NCBI GenBank assembly: GCA_964016885.1
Contig: OZ024740.1
Location: 319,362,001-319,426,000, forward strand
Origin: Eledone cirrhosa
Lineage: Eukaryota
Reading direction: 5' to 3'
DNA: 64,000 bases
Part shown: positions 15,001 to 30,000 of the stretch, one piece after another
Numbering within the stretch: position 1 is the stretch's first letter
Layout of the letters: the number at the start of each line of letters is the position of its first letter
Program-made: the position numbers and the translations under genes
Notes under the pieces: generated by a model
The model's database searches: none
What the model was told of the DNA's origin: nothing
What the model saw: only the letters and a program-made list of their open reading frames with translations

Positions 15001-18000
15001 TCTATAAATTCGAAGTCTTTCTACTACAATACTAACAACAAATAATCCAGGATTGTCTCGTCTATTTCCACAACTTACATTCTATCTGACATTCTAACGA
15101 CTCTACCAATTCGAAGTCTTTCTACTACAATACTAACAACAAATAATCTCGGATTGTCTCGTCTATTTCCACAACTTACATTCTATCTGACATTCAATCG
15201 TCTCTATCAATTCGAAGTCTTTCTACTACAATACTAACAACAAATAATCCAGGATTGTCTCGTCTATTTCCACAATTTACATTCTATCTGACATTCTAAC
15301 GACTCTACCAATTCGAAGTCTTTCTACTACAATACTCACAACAAATAATCCAGGATTGTCTCGTCTATTTCCACACCTTACATTCTATCTGACATTCTAA
15401 CGACTCTACCAATTCGAAGTCTTTCTACTACAATACTCACAACAAATAATCCAGGATTGTCTCGTCTATTTCCACAATTTACATTCTATCTGACATTCTA
15501 ACGACTCTACCAATTCGAAGTCTTTCTACTACAATTCTAACTTTCATTAATCCAGGATTGTCTCCTCTATTTCCACAACTTACATTCTATCTGACATGCT
15601 AACGACTCTACTAATTCGCTGTATTTCTACTACAATACTCACAACAAATAATCCAGCATAGTCTTGTCTATTTCCACAACTTACATACTATCTGACATTC
15701 TAACGACTCTACCAATTCGAAGTCTTTCTACTACAATACTAACTTTAAATAATCCAGGATTGTCTCCTCTATTTCAACAACTTACGTTCTATCTGACATT
15801 CTAACGACTCTACCAATTCGAAGTATTTCTACTACAATACTAACAACAAATAATGCAGGATTGTCTCGTCTATTTCCACGACTTACATTCTATCTGACAT
15901 TCTAACGACTCTACCAATTCGAAGTCTTTCTACTACAATACTCACAACAAATAATCAAGGATTGTCTCGTCTATTTCCACAACGTACATTCTATCTGACA
16001 TTCTAACGACTCTACCTATTCGAAGTCTTTCTACTACGATACTCACAACAAATAGTCCAGAATTGTCTCGTCTATTTCCACAACTTACACTCTATCTGAC
16101 ATTCAAACGACTCTATCAATTCGAAGTCTTTCTCCTACAATACTAACATCAAATAATCCAGGATTGTCTCGTCTATTTCCACAACTTACATTCTATCTGA
16201 CATTCTAAAGACTCTACCAATTCGAAGTCTTTCTACTACAATACTAACAACAAATAATCTAGGATTGTCTCGTCTATTTCCAGAACTTACATTCTATCTG
16301 ACATTCAAACGAATCTACCAATTCGAAGTCTTTCTACTACAATACTCACAACAAATAATCAAGGATTGTATCGTCTATTTCCACAACTTACATTCTATCT
16401 GACATTCTAACGACTCTACCAATTCGAAGTCTTTCTACTACAATACTCACAACGAATAATCCAGAATTGTCTCGTCTATTTCCACAACTTACATTCTATC
16501 TGACATTCAAACGACTCTACCAATTCGAAATCTTTCTACTACAATACTAACTTTAAATAATCCAGGATTGTCTCCTCTATTTCAACAACTTACATTATAT
16601 CTGACATTCTAACGACTCTACCAATTCGAAGTCTTTCTACTACAATACTAACAACAAATCATCCAGGATTGTCTCCTCTATTTCCACAACTTACATTCTA
16701 TCTGACGTTCAATCGACTCTATAAATTCGAAGTCTTTCTACTACAATACTAACAACAAATAATCCAGGATTGTCTCGTCTATTTCCACAACTTACATTCT
16801 ATCTGACATTCTAACGACTCTACCAATTCGAAGTCTTTCTACTACAATACTAACAACAAATAATCTAGGATTGTCTCGTCTATTTCCACAACTTACATTC
16901 TATCTGACATTCTAACGACTCGACCAATTCGAAGTCTTTCTACTACAATACTCACAACAAATAATCCAGGATTGTCTCGTCTATTTCCACAATTTACATT
17001 CTATCTGACATTCTAACGACTCTACCAATTCGAAGTCTTTCTACTACAATACTAACTTTCATTAATCCAGGATTGTCTCCTCTATTTCCACAACTTACAT
17101 TCTATCTGACATGCTAACGACTCTACTAGTTCGCTGTATTTCTACTACAATACTCACAACAAATAATCCAGCATAGTCTTGTCTATTTCCACAACTTACA
17201 TACTATCTGACATTCTAACGACTCTATCAATTCGAAGTCTTTCTACTACAATACTAACTTCAAATAATCCAGGATTGTCTCATCTATTTCCACAACTTAC
17301 ATTCTATCTGATATTCGAACGACTCTACCAATTCGAAGTATTTCTACTACAATACTAACAACAAATAATGCAGGATTGTCTCGTCTATTTCCACGACTTA
17401 CATTCTATCTGACATTCTAACGACTCTACCAATTCGAAGTCTTTGTACTACAATACTCACAACAAATAATCAAGGATTGTATCGTCTATTTCCACAACTT
17501 ACATTCTATCTGACATTCTAACGACTCTACCAATTTGAAGTCTTTCTACTACGATACTCACAACAAATAGTCCAGAATTGTCTCGTCTATTTCCACAACT
17601 TACACTCTATCTGACATTCAAACGACTCTATCAATTCGAAGTCTTTCTCCTACAATACTAACTTCAAATAATCCGGGATTGTCTCGTCTATTTCCACAAC
17701 TTACATTCTATCTGACATTCTAACGACTCTACCAATTCGAAGTCTTTCTACTACAATACTAACTTTAAATAATCCAGGATTGTCTCCTCTATTTCAACAA
17801 CTTACGTTCTATCTGACATTCTAACGACTCTACCAATTCGAAGTATTTCTACTACAATACTAACAACAAATAATGCAGGATTGTCTCGTCTATTTCCACG
17901 ACTTACATTCTATCTGACATTCTAACGACTCTACCAATTCGAAGTCTTTCTACTACAATACTCACAACAAATAATCAAGGATTGTCTCGTCTATTTCCAC

Positions 18001-21000
18001 AACGTACATTCTATCTGACATTCTAACGACTCTACCTATTCGAAGTTTTTCTACTACAATACTCACAACAAATAATCCAGGATTGTATCGTCTATTTCCA
18101 CAACTTACATTCTATCTGACATTCTAACGACTCTACCAATTTGAAGTCTTTCTACTACGATACTCACAACAAATAGTCCAGAATTGTCTCGTCTATTTCC
18201 ACAACTTACACTCTATCTGACATTCAAACGACTCTATCAATTCGAAGTCTTTCTCCTACAATACTAACTTCAAATAATCCAGGATTGTCTCGTCTATTTC
18301 CACAACTTACATTCTATCTGACATTCTAAAGACTCTACCAATTCGAAGTCTTTCTACTACAATACTAACAACAAATAATCTAGGATTGTCTCGTCTATTT
18401 CCAGAACTTACATTCTATCTGACATTCAAACGAATCTACCAATTCGAAGTCTTTCTACTACAATACTCACAACAAATAATCAAGGATTGTATCGTCTATT
18501 TCCACAACTTACATTCTATCTGACATTCTAACGACTCTACCAATTCGAAGTCTTTCTACTACAATACTCACAACAAATAATCCAGAATTGTCTCGTCTAT
18601 TTCCACAACTTACATTCTATCTGACATTCAAACGACTCTACCAATTCGAAATCTTTCTACTACAATACTAACTTTAAATAATCCAGGATTGTCTCCTCTA
18701 TTTCAACAACTTACATTATATCTGACATTCTAACGACTCTACCAATTCGAAGTCTTTCTACTACAATACTAACAACAAATCATCCACGATTGTCTCCTCT
18801 ATTTCCACAACTTACATTCTATCTGACGTTCAATCGACTCTATAAATTCGAAGTCTTTCTACTACAATACTAACAACAAATAATCCAGGATTGTCTCGTC
18901 TATTTCCACAACTTACATTCTATCTGACATTCTAACGACTCGACCAATTCGAAGTCTTTCTACTACAATACTCACAACAAATAATCCAGGATTGTCTCGT
19001 CTATTTCCACAATTTACATTCTATCTGACATTCTAACGACTCTACCAATTCGAAGTCTTTCTACTACAATACTAACTTTCATTAATCCAGGATTGTCTCC
19101 TCTATTTCGACAACTTACATTCTATCTGACATGCTAACGACTCTACTAGTTCGCTGTATTTCTACTACAATACTCACAACAAATAATCCAGCATAGTCTT
19201 GTCTATTTCCACAACTTACATACTATCTGACATTCTAACGACTCTACCAATTCGAAGTCTTTCTACTACAATACTAACTTCAAATAATCCAGGATTGTCT
19301 CATCTATTTCCACAACTTACATTATATCTGATATTCGAACGACTCTACCAATTCGAAGTATTTCTACTACAATACTAACAACAAATAATGCAGGATTGTC
19401 TCGTCTATTTCCACGACTTACATTCTATCTGACATTCTAACGACTCTACCAATTCGAAGTCTTTGTACTACAATACTCACAACAAATAATCAAGGATTGT
19501 ATCGTCTATTTCCACAACTTACATTCTATCTGACATTCTAACGACTCTACCAATTTGAAGTCTTTCTACTACGATACTCACAACAAATAGTCCAGAATTG
19601 TCTCGTCTATTTCCACAACTTACACTCTATCTGACATTCAAACGACTCTATCAATTCGAAGTCTTTCTCCTACAATACTAACTTCAAATAATCCAGGATT
19701 GTCTCGTCTATTTCCACAACTTACATTCTATCTGACATTCTAACGACTCTACCAATTCGAGGTCTTTCTACTACAATACTCACAACAAATAATCCAGGAT
19801 TGTCTCGTCTATTTCCACACCTTACATTCTATCTGACATTCTAACGACTCTACCAATTCGAAGTCTTTCTACTACAATACTAACTTTCATTAATCCAGGA
19901 TTGTCTCCTCTATTTCCACAACTTACATTCTATCTGACATGCTAACGACTCTACCAATTCGCTGTATTTCTACTACAATACTCACAATAAATAATCCAGC
20001 ATAGTCTTGTCTATTTCCACAACACACATTCTAACTGACATTCTAACGACTCTACCAATTCGAAGTCTTTCTACTACAATACTCACAACAAATCATCCAG
20101 GATTGTCTCCTCTATTTCCACAACTTACATTCTATCTGACGTTCAATCGACTCTATAAATTCGAAGTCTTTCTACTACAATACGAACAACAAATAATCCA
20201 GGATTGTCTCGTCTATTTCCACAACTTACATTCTATCTGACATTCTAACGACTCTACCAATTCGAAGTCTTTCTACTACAATACTAACAACAAATAATCT
20301 AGGATTGTCTCGTCTATTTCCACAACTTACATTCTATCTGACATTCAATCGTCTCTATCAATTCGAAGTCTTTCTACTACAATACTAACAACAAATAATC
20401 CAGGATTGTCTCGTCTATTTCCACAACTTACATTCTATCTGACATTCTAACGACTCTACCAATTCGCTGTATTTCTACTACAATACTCACAACAAATAAT
20501 CCAGCATAGTCTTGTCTATTTCCACAACACACATTCTAACTGACATTCTAACGACTCCATCAATTCGAAGTCTTTCTACTACAATACTAACTTCAAATAA
20601 TCCAGGATTGTCTCGTCTATTTCCACAACTTACATTCTATTTGACATTCTAACGACTCTACCAATTCGAAGTCTTTCTACTACAATACTAACAACAAATA
20701 ATCTAGGATTGTCTCGTCTATTTCCACAACTTACATACTATCTGACATTCTAACGACTCTACCAATTCGAAGTCTTTCTACTACAATACTAACTTTAAAT
20801 AATCCAGGATTGTCTCTTCTATTTCAACAACTTAATTCTATCTGACATTCTAACAACTCTACCAATTCGAGGTCTTTCTACTACAATACTCACAACAAAT
20901 AATCCAGGATTGTCTCGTCTATTTCCACACCTTACATTCTATCTGACATTCTAACGACTCTACCAATTCGAAGTCTTTCTACTACAATACTCACAACAAA

Positions 21001-24000
21001 TAATCCAGGATTGTCTCGTCTATTTCCACAACTTACATACTATCTGACACTCTAACGACTCTACCAATTCGAAGTCTTTCTACTACAATACTAACTTTAA
21101 ATAATCCAGGATTGTCTCGTCTATTTCCACACCTTACATTCTATCTGACATTCTAACGACTCTACCAATTCGAAGTCTTTCTACTACAATACTCCCAACA
21201 AATAATCCAGGATTGTCTCGTCTATTTCCACAATTTACATTCTATCTGACAGTCTAACGACTCTACCAATTCGAAGTCTTTCTACTACAATACTAACTTT
21301 CATTAATCCAGGATCGTCTCCTCTATTTCCACAACTTACATTCTATCTGACATGCTAACGACTCTACCAATTCGCTGTATTTCTACTACAATACTCACAA
21401 TAAATAATCCAGCATAGTCTTGTCTATTTCCACAACACACATTCTAACTGACATTCTAACGACTCTACCAATTCGAAGTCTTTCTACTACAATACTCACA
21501 ACAAATCATCCAGGATTGACTCCTCTATTTCCACAACATACATTCTATCTGACATTCAATCGACTCTATAAATTCGAAGTCTTTCTACTACAATACTAAC
21601 AACAAATAATCCAGGATTGTATCGTCTATTTCCACAACTTACATTCTATCTGACATTCTAACGACTCTACCAATTCGAAGTCTTTCTACTACAATACTCA
21701 CAACAAATAATCCAGAATTGTCTCGTCTATTTCCACAACTTACATACTATCTGACATTCAAACGACTCTACCAATTCGAAGTCTTTCTACTACAATACTC
21801 ACAACAAATAATCCAGAATTGTCTCGTCTATTTCCACAACTTACATTCTATCTGACATTCTAACGACTCTACCAATTCGAAGTCTTTCTACTACAATACT
21901 CACAACAAATAATCCAGAATTGTCTCGTCTATTTCCACAACTTACATTCTATCTGACATTCAAACGACTCTACCAATTCGAAGTCTTTCTACTACAATAC
22001 TAACTTCAAATAATCCAGGATTGTCTCGTCTATTTCCACAACTTACATTCTATCGGACATTCTAACGACTCTACCAATTCGAAGTCTTTCTACTACAATA
22101 CTAACTTCAAATAATCCAGGATTGTCTCGTCTATTTCCACAACTTACATTCTATCGGACATTCTAACGACTCTACCAATTCGAAGTCTTTCTACTACAAT
22201 ACTAACTTCAAATAATCCAGGATTGTCTCGTCTATTTCCACAACTTACATTCTATCGGACATTCTAACGACTCTACCAATTCGAAGTCTTTCTACTACAA
22301 TACTAACTTCAAATAATCCAGGATTGTCTCGTCTATTTCCACAACTTACATTCTATCGGACATTCTAACGACTCTACCAATTCGAAGTCTTTCTACTACA
22401 ATACTAACTTCAAATAATCCAGGATTGTCTCGTCTATTTCCACAACTTACATTCTATCGGACATTCTAACGACTCTACCAATTCGAAGTCTTTCTACTAC
22501 AATACTAACTTCAAATAATCCAGGATTGTCTCGTCTATTTCCACAACTTACATTCTATCTGACATTCAAACGACTCTACCAATTCGAAGTCTTTCTACTA
22601 CAATACTAACTTCAAATAATCCAGGATTGTCTCGTCTATTTCCACAACTTACATTCTATCGGACATTCTAACGACTCTACCAATTCGAAGTCTTTCTACT
22701 ACAATACTAACAACAAATAATCTAGGATTGTCTCGTCTATTTCCACAACTTACATTTTATCTGATATTCTAACGACTCTACCCGTAAGCTGTATTTCTAC
22801 TACAATACTAACTTCAAATAATCCAGGATTGTCACGTCTATTTCCACAACTTACATTCTATCTGACGTTCAATCGACTCTATAAATTCGAAGTCTTTCTA
22901 CTACAATACTAACAACAAATAATCCAGGATTGTCTCGTCTATTTCCACAATTTACATTCTATCTGACATTCTAACGACTCTACCAATTCGAAGTCTTTCT
23001 ACTACAATACTCACAACAAATAATCCAGGATTGTCTCGTCTATTTCCACACCTTACATTCTATCTGACATTCTAACGACTCTACCAATTCGAAGTCTTTC
23101 TACTACAATACTCACAACAAATAATCCAGGATTGTCTCGTCTATTTCCACAATTTACATTCTATCTGACATTCTAACGACTCTACCAATTCGAAGTCTTT
23201 CTACTACAATTCTAACTTTCATTAATCCAGGATTGTCTCCTCTATTTCCACAACTTACATTCTATCTGACATGCTAACGACTCTACTAATTCGCTGTATT
23301 TCTACTACAATACTCACAACAAATAATCCAGCATAGTCTTGTCTATTTCCACAACTTACATACTATCTGACATTCTAACGACTCTACCAATTCGAAGTCT
23401 TTCTACTACAATACTAACTTTAAATAATCCAGGATTGTCTCCTCTATTTCAACAACTTACGTTCTATCTGACATTCTAACGACTCTACCAATTCGAAGTA
23501 TTTCTACTACAATACTAACAACAAATAATGCAGGATTGTCTCGTCTATTTCCACGACTTACATTCTATCTGACATTCTAACGACTCTACCAATTCGAAGT
23601 CTTTCTACTACAATACTCACAACAAATAATCAAGGATTGTCTCGTCTATTTCCACAACGTACATTCTATCTGACATTCTAACGACTCTACCTATTCGAAG
23701 TTTTTCTACTACAATACTCACAACAAATAATCCAGGATTGTATCGTCTATTTCCACAACTTACATTCTATCTGACATTCTAACGACTCTACCAATTTGAA
23801 GTCTTTCTACTACGATACTCACAACAAATAGTCCAGAATTGTCTCGTCTATTTCCACAACTTACACTCTATCTGACATTCAAACGACTCTATCAATTCGA
23901 AGTCTTTCTACTACAATACTAACAACAAATAATCTAGGATTGTCTCGTCTATTTCCAGAACTTACATTCTATCTGACATTCAAACGAATCTACCAATTCG

Positions 24001-27000
24001 AAGTCTTTCTACTATAATACTAACAACAAATAATCCAGGATTGTCTCGTCTATTTCCACAACTTACATTCTATCTGACATTCTAACGACTCTACCAATTC
24101 GAAGTCTTTCTACTACAATACTAACAACAAATAATCTCGGATTGTCTCGTCTATTTCCACAACTTACATTCTATCTGACATTCAATCGTCTCTATCAATT
24201 CGAAGTCTTTCTACTACAATACTAACAACAAATAATCCAGGATTGTCTCGTCTATTTCCACAATTTACATTCTATCTGACATTCTAACGACTCTACCAAT
24301 TCGAAGTCTTTCTACTACAATACTCACAACAAATAATCCAGGATTGTCTCGTCTATTTCCACACCTTACATTCTATCTGACATTCTAACGACTCTACCAA
24401 TTCGAAGTCTTTCTACTACAATACTCACAACAAATAATCCAGGATTGTCTCGTCTATTTCCACAATTTACATTCTATCTGACATTCTAACGACTCTACCA
24501 ATTCGAAGTCTTTCTACTACAATTCTAACTTTCATTAATCCAGGATTGTCTCCTCTATTTCCACAACTTACATTCTATCTGACATGCTAACGACTCTACT
24601 AATTCGCTGTATTTCTACTACAATACTCACAACAAATAATCCAGCATAGTCTTGTCTATTTCCACAACTTACATACTATCTGACATTCTAACGACTCTAC
24701 CAATTCGAAGTCTTTCTACTACAATACTAACTTTAAATAATCCAGGATTGTCTCCTCTATTTCAACAACTTACGTTCTATCTGACATTCTAACGACTCTA
24801 CCAATTCGAAGTATTTCTACTACAATACTAACAACAAATAATGCAGGATTGTCTCGTCTATTTCCACGACTTACATTCTATCTGACATTCTAACGACTCT
24901 ACCAATTCGAAGTCTTTCTACTACAATACTCACAACAAATAATCAAGGATTGTCTCGTCTATTTCCACAACGTACATTCTATCTGACATTCTAACGACTC
25001 TACCTATTCGAAGTTTTTCTACTACAATACTCACAACAAATAATCCAGGATTGTATCGTCTATTTCCACAACTTACATTCTATCTGACATTCTAACGACT
25101 CTACCAATTTGAAGTCTTTCTACTACGATACTCACAACAAATAGTCCAGAATTGTCTCGTCTATTTCCACAACTTACACTCTATCTGACATTCAAACGAC
25201 TCTATCAATTCGAAGTCTTTCTCCTACAATACTAACTTCAAATAATCCAGGATTGTCTCGTCTATTTCCACAACTTACATTCTATCTGACATTCTAAAGA
25301 CTCTACCAATTCGAAGTCTTTCTACTACAATACTAACAACAAATAATCTAGGATTGTCTCGTCTATTTCCAGAACTTACATTCTATCTGACATTCAAACG
25401 AATCTACCAATTCGAAGTCTTTCTACTACAATACTCACAACAAATAATCAAGGATTGTATCGTCTATTTCCACAACTTACATTCTATCTGACATTCTAAC
25501 GACTCTACCAATTCGAAGTCTTTCTACTACAATACTCACAACAAATAATCCAGGATTGTCTCCTCTATTTCAACAACTTACATTATATCTGACATTCTAA
25601 CGACTCTACCAATTCGAAGTCTTTCTACTACAATACTAACAACAAATCATCCAGGATTGTCTCCTCTATTTCCACAACTTACATTCTATCTGACGTTCAA
25701 TCGACTCTATAAATTCGAAGTCTTTCTACTACAATACTAACAACAAATAATCCAGGATTGTCTCGTCTATTTCCACAACTTACATTCTATCTGACATTCT
25801 AACGACTCTACCAATTCGAAGTCTTTCTACTACAATACTAACAACATATAATCTAGGATTGTCTCGTCTATTTCCACAACTTACATTCTATCTGACATTC
25901 TAACGACTCGACCAATTCGAAGTCTTTCTACTACAATACTCACAACAAATAATCCAGGATTGTCTCGTCAATTTCCACAATTTACATTCTATCTGACATT
26001 CTAACGACTCTACCAATTCGAAGTCTTTCTACTACAATACTAACAACAAATAATCTAGGATTGTCTCGTCTATTTCCACAACTTACATACTATCTGACAT
26101 TCTAACGACTGTACCAATTCGAAGTCTTTCTACTACAATACTAACTTTAAATAATCCAGGATTGTCTCTTCTATTTCAACAACTTAATTCTATCTGACAT
26201 TCTAACAACTCTACCAATTCGAGGTCTTTCTACTACAATACTCACAACAAATAATCCAGGATTGTCTCGTCTATTTCCACACCTTACATTCTATCTGACA
26301 TTCTAACGACTCTACCAATTCGAAGTCTTTCTACTACAATACTCACAACAAATAATCCAGGATTGTCTCGTCTATTTCCACAACTTACATACTATCTGAC
26401 ACTCTAACGACTCTACCAATTCGAAGTCTTTCTACTACAATACTAACTTTAAATAATCCAGGATTGTCTCGTCTATTTCCACACCTTACATTCTATCTGA
26501 CATTCTAACGACTCTACCAATTCGAAGTCTTTCTACTACAATACTCACAACAAATAATCCAGGATTGTCTCGTCTATTTCCACAATTTACATTCTATCTG
26601 ACAGTCTAACGACTCTACCAATTCGAAGTCTTTCTACTACAATACTAACTTTCATTAATCCAGGATCGTCTCCTCTATTTCCACAACTTACATTCTATCT
26701 GACATGCTAACGACTCTACCAATTCGCTGTATTTCTACTACAATACTCACAATAAATAATCCAGCATAGTCTTGTCTATTTCCACAACACACATTCTAAC
26801 TGACATTCTAACGACTCTACCAATTCGAAGTCTTTCTACTACAATACTCACAACAAATCATCCAGGATTGACTCCTCTATTTCCACAACATACATTCTAT
26901 CTGACATTCAATCGACTCTATAAATTCGAAGTCTTTCTACTACAATACTAACAACAAATAATCCAGGATTGTATCGTCTATTTCCACAACTTACATTCTA

Positions 27001-30000
27001 TCTGACATTCTAACGACTCTACCAATTCGAAGTCTTTCTACTACAATACTCACAACAAATAATCCAGAATTGTCTCGTCTATTTCCACAACTTACATTCT
27101 ATCTGACATTCTAACGACTCTACCAATTCGAAGTCTTTCTACTACAATACTCACAACAAATAATCCAGAATTGTCTCGTCTATTTCCACAACTTACATTC
27201 TATCTGACATTCAAACGACTCTACCAATTCGAAGTCTTTCTACTACAATACTAACTTCAAATAATCCAGGATTGTCTCGTCTATTTCCACAACTTACATT
27301 CTATCGGACATTCTAACGACTCTACCAATTCGAAGTCTTTCTACTACAATACTAACTTCAAATAATCCAGGATTGTCTCGTCTATTTCCACAACTTACAT
27401 TCTATCGGACATTCTAACGACTCTACCAATTCGAAGTCTTTCTACTACAATACTAACTTCAAATAATCCAGGATTGTCTCGTCTATTTCCACAACTTACA
27501 TTCTATCGGACATTCTAACGACTCTACCAATTCGAAGTCTTTCTACTACAATACTAACTTCAAATAATCCAGGATTGTCTCGTCTATTTCCACAACTTAC
27601 ATTCTATCGGACATTCTAACGACTCTACCAATTCGAAGTCTTTCTACTACAATACTAACTTCAAATAATCCAGGATTGTCTCGTCTATTTCCACAACTTA
27701 CATTCTATCGGACATTCTAACGACTCTACCAATTCGAAGTCTTTCTACTACAATACTAACTTCAAATAATCCAGGATTGTCTCGTCTATTTCCACAACTT
27801 ACATTCTATCTGACATTCAAACGACTCTACCAATTCGAAGTCTTTCTACTACAATACTAACTTCAAATAATCCAGGATTGTCTCGTCTATTTCCACAACT
27901 TACATTCTATCGGACATTCTAACGACTCTACCAATTCGAAGTCTTTCTACTACAATACTAACAACAAATAATCTAGGATTGTCTCGTCTATTTCCACAAC
28001 TTACATTTTATCTGATATTCTAACGACTCTACCCGTAAGCTGTATTTCTACTACAATACTAACTTCAAATAATCCAGGATTGTCACGTCTATTTCCACAA
28101 CTTACATTCTATCTGACGTTCAATCGACTCTATAAATTCGAAGTCTTTCTACTACAATACTAACAACAAATAATCCAGGATTGTCTCGTCTGTTTCCACA
28201 ATTTACATTCTATCTGACATTCTAACGACTCTACCAATTCGAAGTCTTTCTACTACAATACTCACAACAAATAATCCAGGATTGTCTCGTCTATTTCCAC
28301 ACCTTACATTCTATCTGACATTCTAACGACTCTACCAATTCGAAGTCTTTCTACTACAATACTCACAACAAATAATCCAGGATTGTCTCGTCTATTTCCA
28401 CAATTTACATTCTATCTGACATTCTAACGACTCTACCAATTCGAAGTCTTTCTACTACAATTCTAACTTTCATTAATCCAGGATTGTCTCCTCTATTTCC
28501 ACAACTTACATTCTATCTGACATGCTAACGACTCTACTAATTCGCTGTATTTCTACTACAATACTCACAACAAATAATCCAGCATAGTCTTGTCTATTTC
28601 CACAACTTACATACTATCTGACATTCTAACGACTCTACCAATTCGAAGTCTTTCTACTACAATACTAACTTTAAATAATCCAGGATTGTCTCCTCTATTT
28701 CAACAACTTACGTTCTATCTGACATTCTAACGACTCTACCAATTCGAAGTATTTCTACTACAATACTAACAACAAATAATGCAGGATTGTCTCGTCTATT
28801 TCCACGACTTACATTCTATCTGACATTCTAACGACTCTACCAATTCGAAGTCTTTCTACTACAATACTCACAACAAATAATCAAGGATTGTCTCGTCTAT
28901 TTCCACAACGTACATTCTATCTGACATTCTAACGACTCTACCTATTCGAAGTTTTTCTACTACAATACTCACAACAAATAATCCAGGATTGTATCGTCTA
29001 TTTCCACAACTTACATTCTATCTGACATTCTAACGACTCTACCAATTTGAAGTCTTTCTACTACGATACTCACAACAAATAGTCCAGAATTGTCTCGTCT
29101 ATTTCCACAACTTACACTCTATCTGACATTCAAACGACTCTATCAATTCGAAGTCTTTCTCCTACAATACTAACTTCAAATAATCCAGGATTGTCTCGTC
29201 TATTTCCACAACTTACATTCTATCTGACATTCTAAAGACTCTACCAATTCGAAGTCTTTCTACTACAATACTAACAACAAATAATCTAGGATTGTCTCGT
29301 CTATTTCCAGAACTTACATTCTATCTGACATTCAAACGAATCTACCAATTCGAAGTCTTTCTACTATAATACTAACAACAAATAATCCAGGATTGTCTCG
29401 TCTATTTCCACAACTTACATTCTATCTGACATTCTAACGACTCTACCAATTCGAAGTTTTTCTACTACAATACTAACAACAAATAATCTCGGATTGTCTC
29501 GTCTATTTCCACAACTTACATTCTATCTGACATTCAATCGTCTCTATCAATTCGAAGTCTTTCTACTACAATACTAACAACAAATAATCCAGGATTGTCT
29601 CGTCTATTTCCACAATTTACATTCTATCTGACATTCTAACGACTCTACCAATTCGAAGTCTTTCTACTACAATACTCACAACAAATAATCCAGGATTGTC
29701 TCGTCTATTTCCACACCTTACATTCTATCTGACATTCTAACGACTCTACCAATTCGAAGTCTTTCTACTACAATACTCACAACAAATAATCCAGGATTGT
29801 CTCGTCTATTTCCACAATTTACATTCTATCTGACATTCTAACGACTCTACCAATTCGAAGTCTTTCTACTACAATTCTAACTTTCATTAATCCAGGATTG
29901 TCTCCTCTATTTCCACAACTTACATTCTATCTGACATGCTAACGACTCTACTAATTCGCTGTATTTCTACTACAATACTCACAACAAATAATCCAGCATA

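Noticed and set aside
1526-20240. Three near-identical 77-aa ORFs (1526, 12938, 20007)
   Set aside because: They are chance stop-free readings through satellite monomers with a TTG start. They repeat only because the satellite block is duplicated, and the 101-bp period is not a multiple of 3.
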